Shown here piece after piece: positions 17,473 through 26,475 of a stretch of DNA of 64,000 bases. The stretch is from a virus: IMG/VR virus record IMGVR_UViG_3300037155_000096; one strand, 5' to 3'. The translations under genes were made by a program, and so were the position numbers. The first letter of the stretch is position 1. Every line of letters begins with the position of its first letter. Below the pieces are notes generated by a model. The model saw only the letters and a program-made list of their open reading frames with translations, did not search any database and had not been told where the DNA came from.

Positions 17473-19563
17473 TTATTGCATTAACTTCGATTCAACCTTG
17501 GACAAGAGTGTCCTCGGAAGTTCGTTGACGTTATTTAATACTACATAGTCATCGTAAAATGAACGCACTGCTGTAGTCTGAATTCCAACTCCGATCAGAA
17601 TAACTCCTTTCTTCTTGAGTTCCTTTACCGTATAAATCAAATGGTTATGCAGCATTGTCGAACCTTTGCTGTCCTCTGGCTGTCCATCAGACATTACGAT
17701 CATAACCTTTTTCTGTTCTTTCCTGCCAAGCAATCTTCTGCCAGCCCATTCGACCGCTTCACCATCTACGTTATGACATGTTCTGCCACCACCCGAAATC
17801 ATGGTTTCAATTCGACCGTTGACTACCCAGTTCATGCGTTCCTGGAAATTCTTAAATACATAATGCCTCAAGGGAATCGTTCTCCGGACTTCCTCTCCAT
17901 CCCGTTTAATGTCGGGACTGTAAAATCCTTCTGTCGAGAATCCTAATACCTCTGTCGGTATTTTCAGTGCATCCAAAACCTTGCCAAAAACGATTGCTGC
18001 CGTCATCGCCATGTATAACTTCGTGCCAGACATGGAACCTGACAAATCTGATATCAGCGTGAAAGCTATGTTAAACGCTTCCTGGCGTTGCTTCCTAATG
18101 AAAATATCCGTGTCACCCGTGAATATCCTCGGGAGTCTCTGAGTATCGATTGCACCCCTGTTCTGGCGTGTTTTCGGTAACGGACGTTCCTGTTTATACA
18201 TACGAATCATCTGACTCATCAGATGTCCCTGCGTTCTCGAACAGTCTCTCAGCAATTCAGTAACCTGCGGTTGTTCAGTTTTTGCAGGCAGTACAATTTC
18301 CAAGTCCTTATCGATGTAGCGCGTGTACGTTGTCGGAGCCACGTAATCTTCTCCCTTGAATTCGTTCTTCACGAAATCAGAGACATCCATTTTTACGTCC
18401 TTAAGCAAACGTTCGAATTCAGCCATGGATATCGGATCCGGCTTACATTCTTTTGAGCCGCCAGAGTGACCTTTTTCTCCCTGATCAGTAATTTCACTTT
18501 CATGCGGTCCGCGCTGTTCAGCTCCATCGCCTTTACCTTCGCCGTCACCGTCTTTCTCTTTATCGTCAGGCTTGCCGCCACCGCCTTTTCCTTCCTGTTC
18601 ATCCTTATCTTCGGGATCGCCGTCTTCACCGCCGCCCTTAGAATCTTCTTTATCTTCTTTATCTTCTTCGTCACCTTCGCCTGAACCTTTACCGCCGCCC
18701 TTGCCCTCGCCCTCTCCTTCGCCCTCAGAATCTCCATCTCCTTTTTCGCCGTTCTCTTCAGAATCCTGCTTTCCGCCTTTGCCTTTGCTTTCGCCGTCGC
18801 CTGGCTTGGAATCTGGATCTGGCTCTCCGTTCGGATCTGGTTCTCCGCCACCGTTTTGTGGAGGAGGCTCTGGCAGGTTCAAATTCTCAACGATCTTACG
18901 AATGTCACCGCACATATTCTTGGCTTCTTTCCGGGTATCGCTGGTTGACGAATATTTACGATTAGCGTACAGATCTACTAAATCCTTGAATACGTTCGTA
19001 TCCGAGATTTCTTTCGGGATGTCGAGTGCGCCGGTTGCATATACCTGTTCAAATAATTCGTATAAATCTTTCAGCTCAGGTTTCATATCCTTGTGCGCTT
19101 CTCTCATCGAGTCCCGTGCAATCATGAACGTCTCACTTAAATTAAGCTGAGAACCGGGGAATTCACTTACGGTTTTCGAATCTACCCGTAAATCTTCTAA
19201 CATCTGAGCCACCGCTGGAAACAAATGATCTCCTGAGGGAGGCTTTACCGTCGAACGTTCAGTGTAACGGACATGACCTAATTCATGGTCAATGAAACCT
19301 CTTGCAAGTTTTACTCTTTCCCAGTTACCATCTGCAATCGTCGGTACCTGAATAATTTTTCTTCGTAGGTCCACATGTGCTGGCGCGTTTGGATCAGGAT
19401 TGATCACCACCGTAAAGCCTTCAGCTCCCAAGCCTGAAGCCAATGCCTGCTGTACTTCAGGAAAATACTTCCTGAGCATCGCTGCATCCTCTTCATTCTT
19501 GATAACCATCGAAGACTGGCTGACCTGTTTGCCGACCTCCTTTAACGAGTCCATAAAACCCAT
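17473..19563 (-). CDS. CobT-like VWA domain protein with N-terminal HExxH region and long acidic linker
   Basis: FIDHELGH, LEDLRVD; G/E/D/K-rich linker; MIDAS DLSGSMSG and MSDGQP; HNVDGEAV..A..RL. Confidence 0.9.
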   Translation of the reverse strand: MGFMDSLKEVGKQVSQSSMVIKNEEDAAMLRKYFPEVQQALASGLGAEGFTVVINPDPNAPAHVDLRRKIIQVPTIADGNWERVKLARGFIDHELGHVRYTERSTVKPPSGDHLFPAVAQMLEDLRVDSKTVSEFPGSQLNLSETFMIARDSMREAHKDMKPELKDLYELFEQVYATGALDIPKEISDTNVFKDLVDLYANRKYSSTSDTRKEAKNMCGDIRKIVENLNLPEPPPQNGGGEPDPNGEPDPDSKPGDGESKGKGGKQDSEENGEKGDGDSEGEGEGEGKGGGKGSGEGDEEDKEDKEDSKGGGEDGDPEDKDEQEGKGGGGKPDDKEKDGDGEGKGDGAEQRGPHESEITDQGEKGHSGGSKECKPDPISMAEFERLLKDVKMDVSDFVKNEFKGEDYVAPTTYTRYIDKDLEIVLPAKTEQPQVTELLRDCSRTQGHLMSQMIRMYKQERPLPKTRQNRGAIDTQRLPRIFTGDTDIFIRKQRQEAFNIAFTLISDLSGSMSGTKLYMAMTAAIVFGKVLDALKIPTEVLGFSTEGFYSPDIKRDGEEVRRTIPLRHYVFKNFQERMNWVVNGRIETMISGGGRTCHNVDGEAVEWAGRRLLGRKEQKKVMIVMSDGQPEDSKGSTMLHNHLIYTVKELKKKGVILIGVGIQTTAVRSFYDDYVVLNNVNELPRTLLSKVESKLMQ

Positions 19564-19573
19564 GAGTTACTCC

Positions 19574-20773
19574 TTAATTGGCTTGCGGATGCACGCCATA
19601 GTTAATAATTCTCTGTGCAGATTCGGAAATCTTTACAGCGTCTTCTTCAGACATACGATCTAAAATCGTTGCTCTGAATGCGAACTTACCGTCAACTCCG
19701 TCCATGACCGCAGAAGCAAAGTTCAGCGATTTTCTAACGGAGAACGTTGAAAATATTGCACCGTCTTTAGCCATTTTTCTGACAGACTCAGCCAGCTTAG
19801 CGATTTGCTTAGCCCATGCGTTGCCGCATCCGGTGACCTGTTGCATGATTTTAGCTTCAACCCCTGGTTTCGGGTAATCCATTCTCAGGATGTAATGAAA
19901 TCTATCCAGCGTTGCTTCGTTCAGCAAACGTGTACCTGCATACAAAGTGGACATATCACCTTTACCTACGGTATTGGCTGTTGCAAGAACTGCAAAGCCT
20001 GCCTTGGCTACGATACGTTTTCCGGTCTTCGTATTCACAAGAGGAGCGCCTTCCAGCACTGCCTGCAATGTGAACAAAACTTCCTGCGGAGCTGCATCCA
20101 ACTCATCGATAATCAGTTTCGAGCCTTTCTCCATACAGACAGGTAAAATGCCGTCGACGAACTTCATTTCAGGTGCACCCTCGGCTGACTGAAGTACCCA
20201 GTCTCCGACAAAATCTGATTTACTGATGTCACCATCCATGTTGATACGTTCGTACTCTTTACCATGTTTTTTACATAAACGTACGAACACCTGAGTTTTT
20301 CCGCATCCGGTCGGACCGCTTAAAAATATATTCTTATCTGCCAACAGAGCTTTTTCAAGTTCTGTGGTCTCATCCGGCCAGGCGAAGTAGTCTTTATCGA
20401 CTTTTACTTCTTCCCGTTTGATTTTCACTGTTACTGCCGCTGCAGCACCCAGTCTGGTCAAATCTGCTACGCCACGGTCATGAGCCTGAACGCAAGTAAC
20501 TCTTAAATCTGCTCCCGCCAAAGTGGCTCTGAAGGACGGATCCCATACACCTGACCAGCGAGCTGCTGCGTATGCCGGGAACTTGGGAACCTCTTCTCCT
20601 ACTTCACCATATATTTTCGTGATTTCAGCGGAGGTTATCTTAACTACTGTGCCTGCCTGAATGCTGGCTATGTCTTTGCCGTCGACCTTTGTCTTTTTCG
20701 AGGCTGCTACCATTGCCTCAACGACTGCTTTACGGATCTGTTTTTGCGTATTGTTCATAATTCGGTTTACCAC
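19574..20773 (-). CDS. CobS/MoxR (CbbQ/NirQ/NorQ)-like AAA+ ATPase
   Basis: Walker A GPTGCGKT, Walker B LIIDELD, ATANTVG, NEATLDRF, FSVRKSL. Confidence 0.92.
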   Translation of the reverse strand: MVNRIMNNTQKQIRKAVVEAMVAASKKTKVDGKDIASIQAGTVVKITSAEITKIYGEVGEEVPKFPAYAAARWSGVWDPSFRATLAGADLRVTCVQAHDRGVADLTRLGAAAAVTVKIKREEVKVDKDYFAWPDETTELEKALLADKNIFLSGPTGCGKTQVFVRLCKKHGKEYERINMDGDISKSDFVGDWVLQSAEGAPEMKFVDGILPVCMEKGSKLIIDELDAAPQEVLFTLQAVLEGAPLVNTKTGKRIVAKAGFAVLATANTVGKGDMSTLYAGTRLLNEATLDRFHYILRMDYPKPGVEAKIMQQVTGCGNAWAKQIAKLAESVRKMAKDGAIFSTFSVRKSLNFASAVMDGVDGKFAFRATILDRMSEEDAVKISESAQRIINYGVHPQAN

Positions 20774-20813
20774 CTAATTTACTGGATAAAAATATGCACG
20801 TACTTGCGTGCTG

Positions 20814-21734
20814 TTAAAATTTCTTTTTGTCAGTGCTGAGCGAACGGTCTAATTTCTTTTCGATCTGAATGGACTTGTTTATCACAGCCAGCTCTTCCGC
20901 TGTTTTGTGACTACGTTCGAAAATGTCCATGTTCTCGGTGAAGTCGGTATTGGCATCCTTGAAATCCTGACTGTATCTTCTTTCACCTTGAATTTTCAGT
21001 CTCCCGGTCGGAGGTCCATCGTAAACTGAACCAGCCCAGCGATCTTCCTGAACTGCATTTAGCGTATTGACGTATCCCTCGAATGTCGGAGTCGGTGCAT
21101 CTTTCTGATAAGGCTGAGCGGTTTTCAAATACCATTTACCTTTTGTATCCTCAGTTTTGCGGTATCTTGCAATGACTCTGAACTTCATGCAGTCTCCTGC
21201 CATCCAGTTTTTATACGGATACACAAGAATCATATACTTGTTCAAACCAATGCGATGAATAAACGGCATTGCCAGTTTCTCTGCTTCTTCTGTCAGTGGC
21301 TTTACCAGCAGTGCAATCGTTGCATCCTGCTTGCCGGTCAGAAATAACTTGAGCATGTGCTTATCTTTGAAATACTTCTCCGCAGTAACTCTCATCCAAA
21401 TGTCATCATCCAGTTTTATCTGGGTGCGGACAAACTTCAAGAACTTATTCGGTTCAGGGGATTTCGGTTTACGTCTTTTGGCTCTCCAAATTGCATTACC
21501 TTTTTCGTCGACAGGATCTGTTTCACTGATTGCGTTGGTATCTCTCCAAGCCATCGTGAAAGCATAAATTTTCTTTTTCGCTAACAACTCCCAGGTTTTC
21601 TCATCCGCCCTGAGTGTCATGTAGCCGGTTGTTCCACCATCATTGCCCAAGAGCTTCTTGGTTTCTACCTTCAGCCCGCTTAGCTTGATTCTTTTAATCA
21701 AACCTGCATTGTACGGTGCCATCTTCTCTATCAT
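20814..21734 (-). CDS. hypothetical basic protein
   Basis: 306-codon ORF with GGAG RBS; no motif recognised. Confidence 0.75.
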   Translation of the reverse strand: MIEKMAPYNAGLIKRIKLSGLKVETKKLLGNDGGTTGYMTLRADEKTWELLAKKKIYAFTMAWRDTNAISETDPVDEKGNAIWRAKRRKPKSPEPNKFLKFVRTQIKLDDDIWMRVTAEKYFKDKHMLKLFLTGKQDATIALLVKPLTEEAEKLAMPFIHRIGLNKYMILVYPYKNWMAGDCMKFRVIARYRKTEDTKGKWYLKTAQPYQKDAPTPTFEGYVNTLNAVQEDRWAGSVYDGPPTGRLKIQGERRYSQDFKDANTDFTENMDIFERSHKTAEELAVINKSIQIEKKLDRSLSTDKKKF

Positions 21735-21891
21735 GCTAACTCCGTGGTTACTTACTACTGTTGTGGTCTTTTGTCCCCGCCAGTGAGCAGGGAATTATTT
21801 GTGTGTGAATTACTAAACTGCAAAATGCCATTCACAGTTGTCAAGCGGTTGACTCCGGTGAAGCAAAATATATTTTCATTTATTTTTTCAG
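21735..21891 (-). promoter_or_regulatory. duplicated promoter/leader block A
   Basis: aligns with 24453-24590 (CCGCTTGACA..GGC(T)ATTTTG..GTTTAGT..CACAC..CCCTGCT..ACCACAA.AGTAG..GGAGT..ATG). Confidence 0.65.
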
Positions 21892-22058
21892 CGGAAAACC
21901 GGGGGAAAATCCTTTTAGTGATATTTCTTAAAATCATATTCTTGCAAAATCATATTCGCTGTAAGCCGTCCTCGGCGAGCAGCATATTATTGGTATTTTA
22001 TATTCGTCTTTTAACCTTAGTATCTTAGGAAGCGAAAAACCGCCCTTAAACCTTTATG

Positions 22059-22183
22059 AAATAAACAGTTACCGAAAATAGTGAGAGGACAAGTTGTCCC
22101 ATGGGGAGCGGCCAAGTTGTCCCATAGGTAGCGGCCAAGTTGTCCCATTGACCGCGGTTAAGTCCTTATAAAATAAACAGTTA
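22059..22183. repeat. three 13-bp repeats at 23-bp period flanked by two 13-bp direct repeats
   Basis: CAAGTTGTCCCAT at 22090, 22113 and 22136; AAATAAACAGTTA at 22059 and 22171. Confidence 0.85.
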
Positions 22184-22714
22184 TTTTTCAGAGGTCGAAA
22201 TCTTGAGCTTCGTTAGCATATCATTTATGTTTGACGTGCTTTTCACCTTCGTACGGTCACCTGAATTCACCTGAATTGAACCTGACAACATGTGCCTGAA
22301 CGTACCTTTCGGTGCGCCTAAATCTTCACCATACTTATTTATCATAATGCCGACAAACGGGTTGTCGCGGTTGGCTGTCGCAAGTGATTCAGTAATTTTA
22401 TTAGGCATTCTCTCCAGCTTCTTTGCCTGGATATCGAGTTCCATCACCTGTCTCAGCAAATCCGGATCCGCCATGATTTCATCCGTGGTCATTGCCTGCA
22501 TAGGTTTCGTTGCATCGCGGAATTCAAGTATTGCCGTCGTACCTTCAGATAGCGTGGCTGCAACTTGCAGACATGCATAAATCTCGGACAGCGTTCCCAA
22601 ATGTTCCCTTGAGCCGAGGACATCATCTTCTTCAAAACTTAATGCGAGGAAATCTCTTATTGCAGAATGGATCTTGGTCGTAGCTTCGCGTACTCTTTCT
22701 GTGGTCGTGGGCAT
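22181..22714 (-). CDS. hypothetical protein
   Basis: 177-codon ORF with AGGAG RBS. Confidence 0.75.
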   Translation of the reverse strand: MPTTTERVREATTKIHSAIRDFLALSFEEDDVLGSREHLGTLSEIYACLQVAATLSEGTTAILEFRDATKPMQAMTTDEIMADPDLLRQVMELDIQAKKLERMPNKITESLATANRDNPFVGIMINKYGEDLGAPKGTFRHMLSGSIQVNSGDRTKVKSTSNINDMLTKLKISTSEK

Positions 22715-22756
22715 GGTCTGTTCTCCTGCTAACGTGAATAATCGGACATTACTTAG

Positions 22757-22843
22757 TTCACCGGGCGGGACTCGAACCCAGGCACCGTCAACCCATTCTA
22801 CCTGAAACGCCGAAGCGTGGAAGGCATTGTGACAGCCCGATGA
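22757..22843 (-). ncRNA. tRNA-like RNA (acceptor stem plus T-arm, D/anticodon arms replaced by one long hairpin)
   Basis: TCATCGGGC pairs with GCCCGGTGA; GGG-TTCGAGT-CCC T-arm; internal ACGC-TTCG-GCGT hairpin. Confidence 0.55.
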
Positions 22844-22875
22844 AATTGTTTTCGTGAACCTTACTTTTCTATTTG

Positions 22876-23160
22876 TCAGGGCTTGGCGGGTAGCGCTGTT
22901 CCCAACAGTAAATTTATTGCTTCAGCCACCGCTGCTGCATGCTGGGCTGGTATCCAGATTCCTTTAGATGTCGGGCTTAATCTCGCTTTGCCCTTATCAA
23001 AATAAAAATGTCTTACGTCGATGTACCGTTTCTTGTTTAACTCTTTTACTTGTACCTGAGCCGCGCCTTCACCGGATGTCGGGATTGTAATCGGAACGCC
23101 GATGTCCTTGATGTTTGCTGCAGTTTTTGATGCGAACTTTTTCTTCAGAACCTCTGCCAT
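22876..23160 (-). CDS. PC4/YdbC-like single-stranded DNA-binding protein
   Basis: VQVKELNKKRYIDVRHFY..LSPTSKGIWIP..A.AVAEAI. Confidence 0.85.
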   Translation of the reverse strand: MAEVLKKKFASKTAANIKDIGVPITIPTSGEGAAQVQVKELNKKRYIDVRHFYFDKGKARLSPTSKGIWIPAQHAAAVAEAINLLLGTALPAKP

Positions 23161-23190
23161 GTTTGTCTCCAGTTTATATTGTTATTACTG

Positions 23191-23550
23191 CTATACGATT
23201 AAATCTTCTATCTGCACCCAGATCGGATAGTCTCCATCCTGGTCTGGTTTGCCGACTTCCAAAACTTCCACGGGGAAACTTCGTAGGTCGATGTTCAGTG
23301 AATGCGTACGTATTACGAATTTGTTCAGATAATCCGCTGGGAGTATCACCGCCTTCACTTCACCTATTGCCTTGATTCCTTCTGCCGTCTTAATGACAAG
23401 ATCGAGCATCCCGTCAGCCAGACATTCAGCTGTTGCTTTGTCCACCTCTCTGAGCAATGGGACATGAATTCCTTTCTCACGTAACTTCGAACCGTATTCC
23501 ATCCAGTATTCTGGACGGACATCTCTCATCTGTGCCGTAGCTATCTGCAT
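23191..23550 (-). CDS. hypothetical protein
   Basis: ORF in minus-strand run. Confidence 0.7.
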   Translation of the reverse strand: MQIATAQMRDVRPEYWMEYGSKLREKGIHVPLLREVDKATAECLADGMLDLVIKTAEGIKAIGEVKAVILPADYLNKFVIRTHSLNIDLRSFPVEVLEVGKPDQDGDYPIWVQIEDLIV

Positions 23551-23656
23551 CGTGTGGTCCTCATATTTGCTTTGGTCGTTTTTTCGGGCTTTTCTCTTAT
23601 TTAATTCGACCGTACTTAGCCCCAGCCCGGATGTTACTCCGAGCTACAATAAGCAT

Positions 23657-23902
23657 TTAACAAATCGATGCGAGTTCCTTCCTGATAAGCTCCTTGCCAG
23701 CTTTCCTCGCCAACTTCTTGATGTACCTGCGGGACTGGGCTTTAGCAATCGGGTTTCTCATGGTCGGAAAGTCACCGGATTTCTTGCAGAAGAATCCTAC
23801 GCTCGGCTTGCGGGCATAGTTCTTCATGTCCATTAAATCAGGAGCCAAGAAATATGATCTCTGGCATCTGGGTAGCTGGTCAAGTCCATAAGGTTTCATC
23901 AT
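23657..23902 (-). CDS. small basic phage-type protein
   Basis: MKPYG N-terminus; SRRYIKKLARKAGKELIRKEL C-terminus. Confidence 0.65.
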   Translation of the reverse strand: MMKPYGLDQLPRCQRSYFLAPDLMDMKNYARKPSVGFFCKKSGDFPTMRNPIAKAQSRRYIKKLARKAGKELIRKELASIC

Positions 23903-24312
23903 GCTGCTTTTCCTGTAAAACTGACTGATTTCTGATTTATCTTTACGTGCAAAAACTTGATGCTTGGCTTATCCAGCATTACTTTTAATCTTGACATTAT
24001 GCGGTCGCTGACAGGAATCACGAAGTCATCACCAGAGACTTTGTCGTACCAATCGACATCGAATTTCGGATGAAATCCTCTAGCGTATTTCACGATTGCC
24101 ATCTCTCCTTTCGGATCTTTCGGATCTGGCTGTTTGTGCACTGCCAGCAGATAAACGCCCTGGTCTTTTACAATAGCCATTCCGCATTTCTTCTGGATGG
24201 CGAATTCGATGATGCTTTTCAAACGGGGATCATTTCCAAACTTGAATTTTCTCATGCGAAGACTCCAAGTAATTTCTGTGCGTACTTCATTTGATTTCTG
24301 AGAACTGGACAT
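23899..24312 (-). CDS. DUF3085-like protein
   Basis: IVKDQGVYLL..YARGFHP..D.DWYD..GDDF. Confidence 0.75.
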   Translation of the reverse strand: MSSSQKSNEVRTEITWSLRMRKFKFGNDPRLKSIIEFAIQKKCGMAIVKDQGVYLLAVHKQPDPKDPKGEMAIVKYARGFHPKFDVDWYDKVSGDDFVIPVSDRIMSRLKVMLDKPSIKFLHVKINQKSVSFTGKAA

Positions 24313-24452
24313 ACAACGCCGGTCATGGTATCAACGATATCGATTAAATCGTTCGTTGAGCCTGGATACGCTTTGTAACCTTTTGGCATGTGAAATCTGA
24401 GTGGCTTGGTCTCGGGCTGTTTGGTCGAATTGGTCTTTTTCGAACGGTTCAT
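24252..24452 (-). CDS. small hypothetical protein (true start probably ATG 24452, not 24881)
   Basis: GGAG RBS before MNRSKKTNSTK; the longer called ORF runs through the regulatory block. Confidence 0.5.
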   Translation of the reverse strand: MNRSKKTNSTKQPETKPLRFHMPKGYKAYPGSTNDLIDIVDTMTGVVCPVLRNQMKYAQKLLGVFA

Positions 24453-24590
24453 ACTGTTACTCCTATCTACTATTGTGGTTTCAGGTTCCTGGGTTAGCAG
24501 GGATTTATTTATTTTGTGTGAGTAACTAAACAACAAAATAGCCATCGCAGGTGTCAAGCGGTTTACAAAAAATATTTTATTTTTTTTCAG
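24453..24590 (-). promoter_or_regulatory. duplicated promoter/leader block B
   Basis: homologous to 21735-21891. Confidence 0.65.
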
Positions 24591-24869
24591 ATTTATTTTG
24601 TGCGAGATGGGAGCTGGATTAACGCTGTTGCGGTTGTATACTATTAACTGTGTTTGAGTATGAATTTCCTGTCCGCCTCTTCCCTCTCGTCTTGCCATGA
24701 GTCGGAGTGAGGTATCAGAATTTTGATCGGGTTTACATGTAATTGGAGTGTGGGTTATTATCTTGTGACTCTCGGAATTCCCTTGGGTACTCTCTTTGTA
24801 CGCCTTGAAATGCCGGGTATGTGGATATGTATGTATGAGCAGATTATAATCGTATGTAGAGCTTAATTT

Positions 24870-25180
24870 TGCTTGAGCCATAAAGGTTAAAATCAGTATC
24901 TGCGAACATGGGCTTTCAATATTGCCGGCATAGGTGCTTGAACACTAAACCGGTACCAATTACTATACTCTTCCCATTTCGCCTACCCCTATTTGATAGG
25001 TATACTGAAGTCTAACCTTTATCTTGACCTTAACATTTCCATTACCAATCTTACATCATAGGATCATTTGCCCAGCCATCAGTGCGACCATAGGTGGTTC
25101 CGACACCGGAGTGACATGCAGGAAGTCGTACCTTCCCGCATTCCTAGACCGAGACAAAATATTAACAAACGAACATGAGC
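24870..25180 (-). ncRNA. candidate structured ncRNA (about 300 nt)
   Basis: 19-bp interrupted helix 24880-24899/25002-25022 enclosing nested helices; 9-bp hairpin 25117-25140; G-U pairs favour the minus strand. Confidence 0.55.
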
Positions 25181-25184
25181 TACA

Positions 25185-25670
25185 TTATTTTGCAGTGCTC
25201 TGCAGAATATATGCAGCTGTAGCTGATACGTCAAAAAATGAGCCAGACGTGTTCTGCGCTACAGCAGGTGTCTTTAATTGTACTATGATAGGTGATTTCT
25301 TCCGGGGCTTCACATCCTCCGCCATTACATTTTCAAGGCCGACGGGCTGGTGAAACTTTACTGTAAACGTATCCTTGGTTTTCGTTAACTCTTTCGAGTC
25401 AAACTGCAATGGTATAAATCCTTTCATCTTCGTGGCATAAAACTTATCCCATATAGGACAGACATACACATCGGCGGCATCAAATGCTACAACTACTCCA
25501 AATGTGCTTCCCGTGATAGGTTCATACGATACGTTGTCTCCGATGGCAAGTCCAAAGGCGGACTTAATCGATGGATCTCCAACGACGGCTAGTTTAACCT
25601 TAAAGTGCGAATCATCCGGAATCACCGTAACCGTATTTTTCTCCTTGCTTACTTGCTTGCTTTCTTTCAT
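25185..25670 (-). CDS. hypothetical protein
   Basis: 161-codon ORF with GAGG RBS. Confidence 0.65.
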   Translation of the reverse strand: MKESKQVSKEKNTVTVIPDDSHFKVKLAVVGDPSIKSAFGLAIGDNVSYEPITGSTFGVVVAFDAADVYVCPIWDKFYATKMKGFIPLQFDSKELTKTKDTFTVKFHQPVGLENVMAEDVKPRKKSPIIVQLKTPAVAQNTSGSFFDVSATAAYILQSTAK

Positions 25671-26021
25671 AATTTTAATTCCTCAAATAAAATGATATAA
25701 AACACATATTTCCACAACTAATTTCCCTATATTCGGGAATTCGCTTCCTTTTCCGCTACATGTTGTCAGATTTTCCCTTACAAAAACGTTTCTGAGCAGA
25801 GTGCGCTTGATTGCGTTGCTGGCATTGCATAGGTGCTTGCATACATAGGTGGCATCCGATAAAAAATTCGCAACCGATAAAAAATGTGAACAGCGATGGT
25901 ATTTTTTAATTCCCTTCGTTCTGTGTTGCATGTTTTTTCGTATTCGTTTTTAATTTCAGTTCTGAGAGCCAAAAATCACCCTTAAATAGGTACATACTTA
26001 CTTATTATGCAAATAGATGCA

Positions 26022-26318
26022 TTAAGACGGTACTGCATCGTTTGGCTTATTTTCTTGTTCGATTCTCTTGAGCAATACCTTATGTAAATCTTCGAGTACT
26101 GTCATAAGTTTTTCTTCTAAGAGTCGAGCTGTTCTTAATAGGTCAATGACTAAATCTTCTGAGGATTCGTTATTCACTGGAGCATTATTTTCTCTATCAT
26201 ATCCTATGGAGTCATCGATTCTTTTCTGATGGTCGATTGCATCCTTAACTATAAACTTCACATGTTCATTATTCTCATCTGTGCTTACTTCTGTTTCTTT
26301 TCCGTTTACGATTGCCAT
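26022..26318 (-). CDS. hypothetical protein
   Basis: ORF with AGGAG RBS. Confidence 0.7.
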   Translation of the reverse strand: MAIVNGKETEVSTDENNEHVKFIVKDAIDHQKRIDDSIGYDRENNAPVNNESSEDLVIDLLRTARLLEEKLMTVLEDLHKVLLKRIEQENKPNDAVPS

Positions 26319-26445
26319 AGGTCTCCTTGTGTGAATTCAATCTTTCTGATCTCATACGTTGTTCTCTTAGAATATCATTTGACATCTCCTTTACTTCCTT
26401 TCTTAGTTCTCTGTCTGTTTCCTGGTATACTTCTAAGTCTATCAT
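26275..26445 (-). CDS. 56-aa hypothetical protein with basic tail
   Basis: AAGGAA RBS; MIDLEVYQETDRELRKEVKEMSND..RKRKRNRSKHR; below the ORF track cutoff. Confidence 0.5.
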   Translation of the reverse strand: MIDLEVYQETDRELRKEVKEMSNDILREQRMRSERLNSHKETYGNRKRKRNRSKHR

Positions 26446-26475
26446 GTAGCTTTCCTTATCATTTAGCCGCCGACA

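Noticed and set aside
18400-18860. GA-rich low-complexity DNA as a separate repeat or overlapping gene
   Set aside because: It is the acidic G/E/D/K linker of the VWA protein; the alternative-frame ORFs are by-products.
20786-20815. GCACG-N6-CGTGC inverted repeat as another promoter motif copy
   Set aside because: It lacks TTG at the required spacing; it may be a weak terminator or operator but is not supportable.
22090-22148. Three 23-bp-period repeats as a mini-CRISPR
   Set aside because: The repeats are 13 bp and the spacers 10 bp, far too short, and two spacers are nearly identical.
24453-24881. 5' half of the called 209-aa ORF 24252-24881
   Set aside because: It runs through the duplicated promoter block and T-tracts; a good RBS and ATG exist at 24452.
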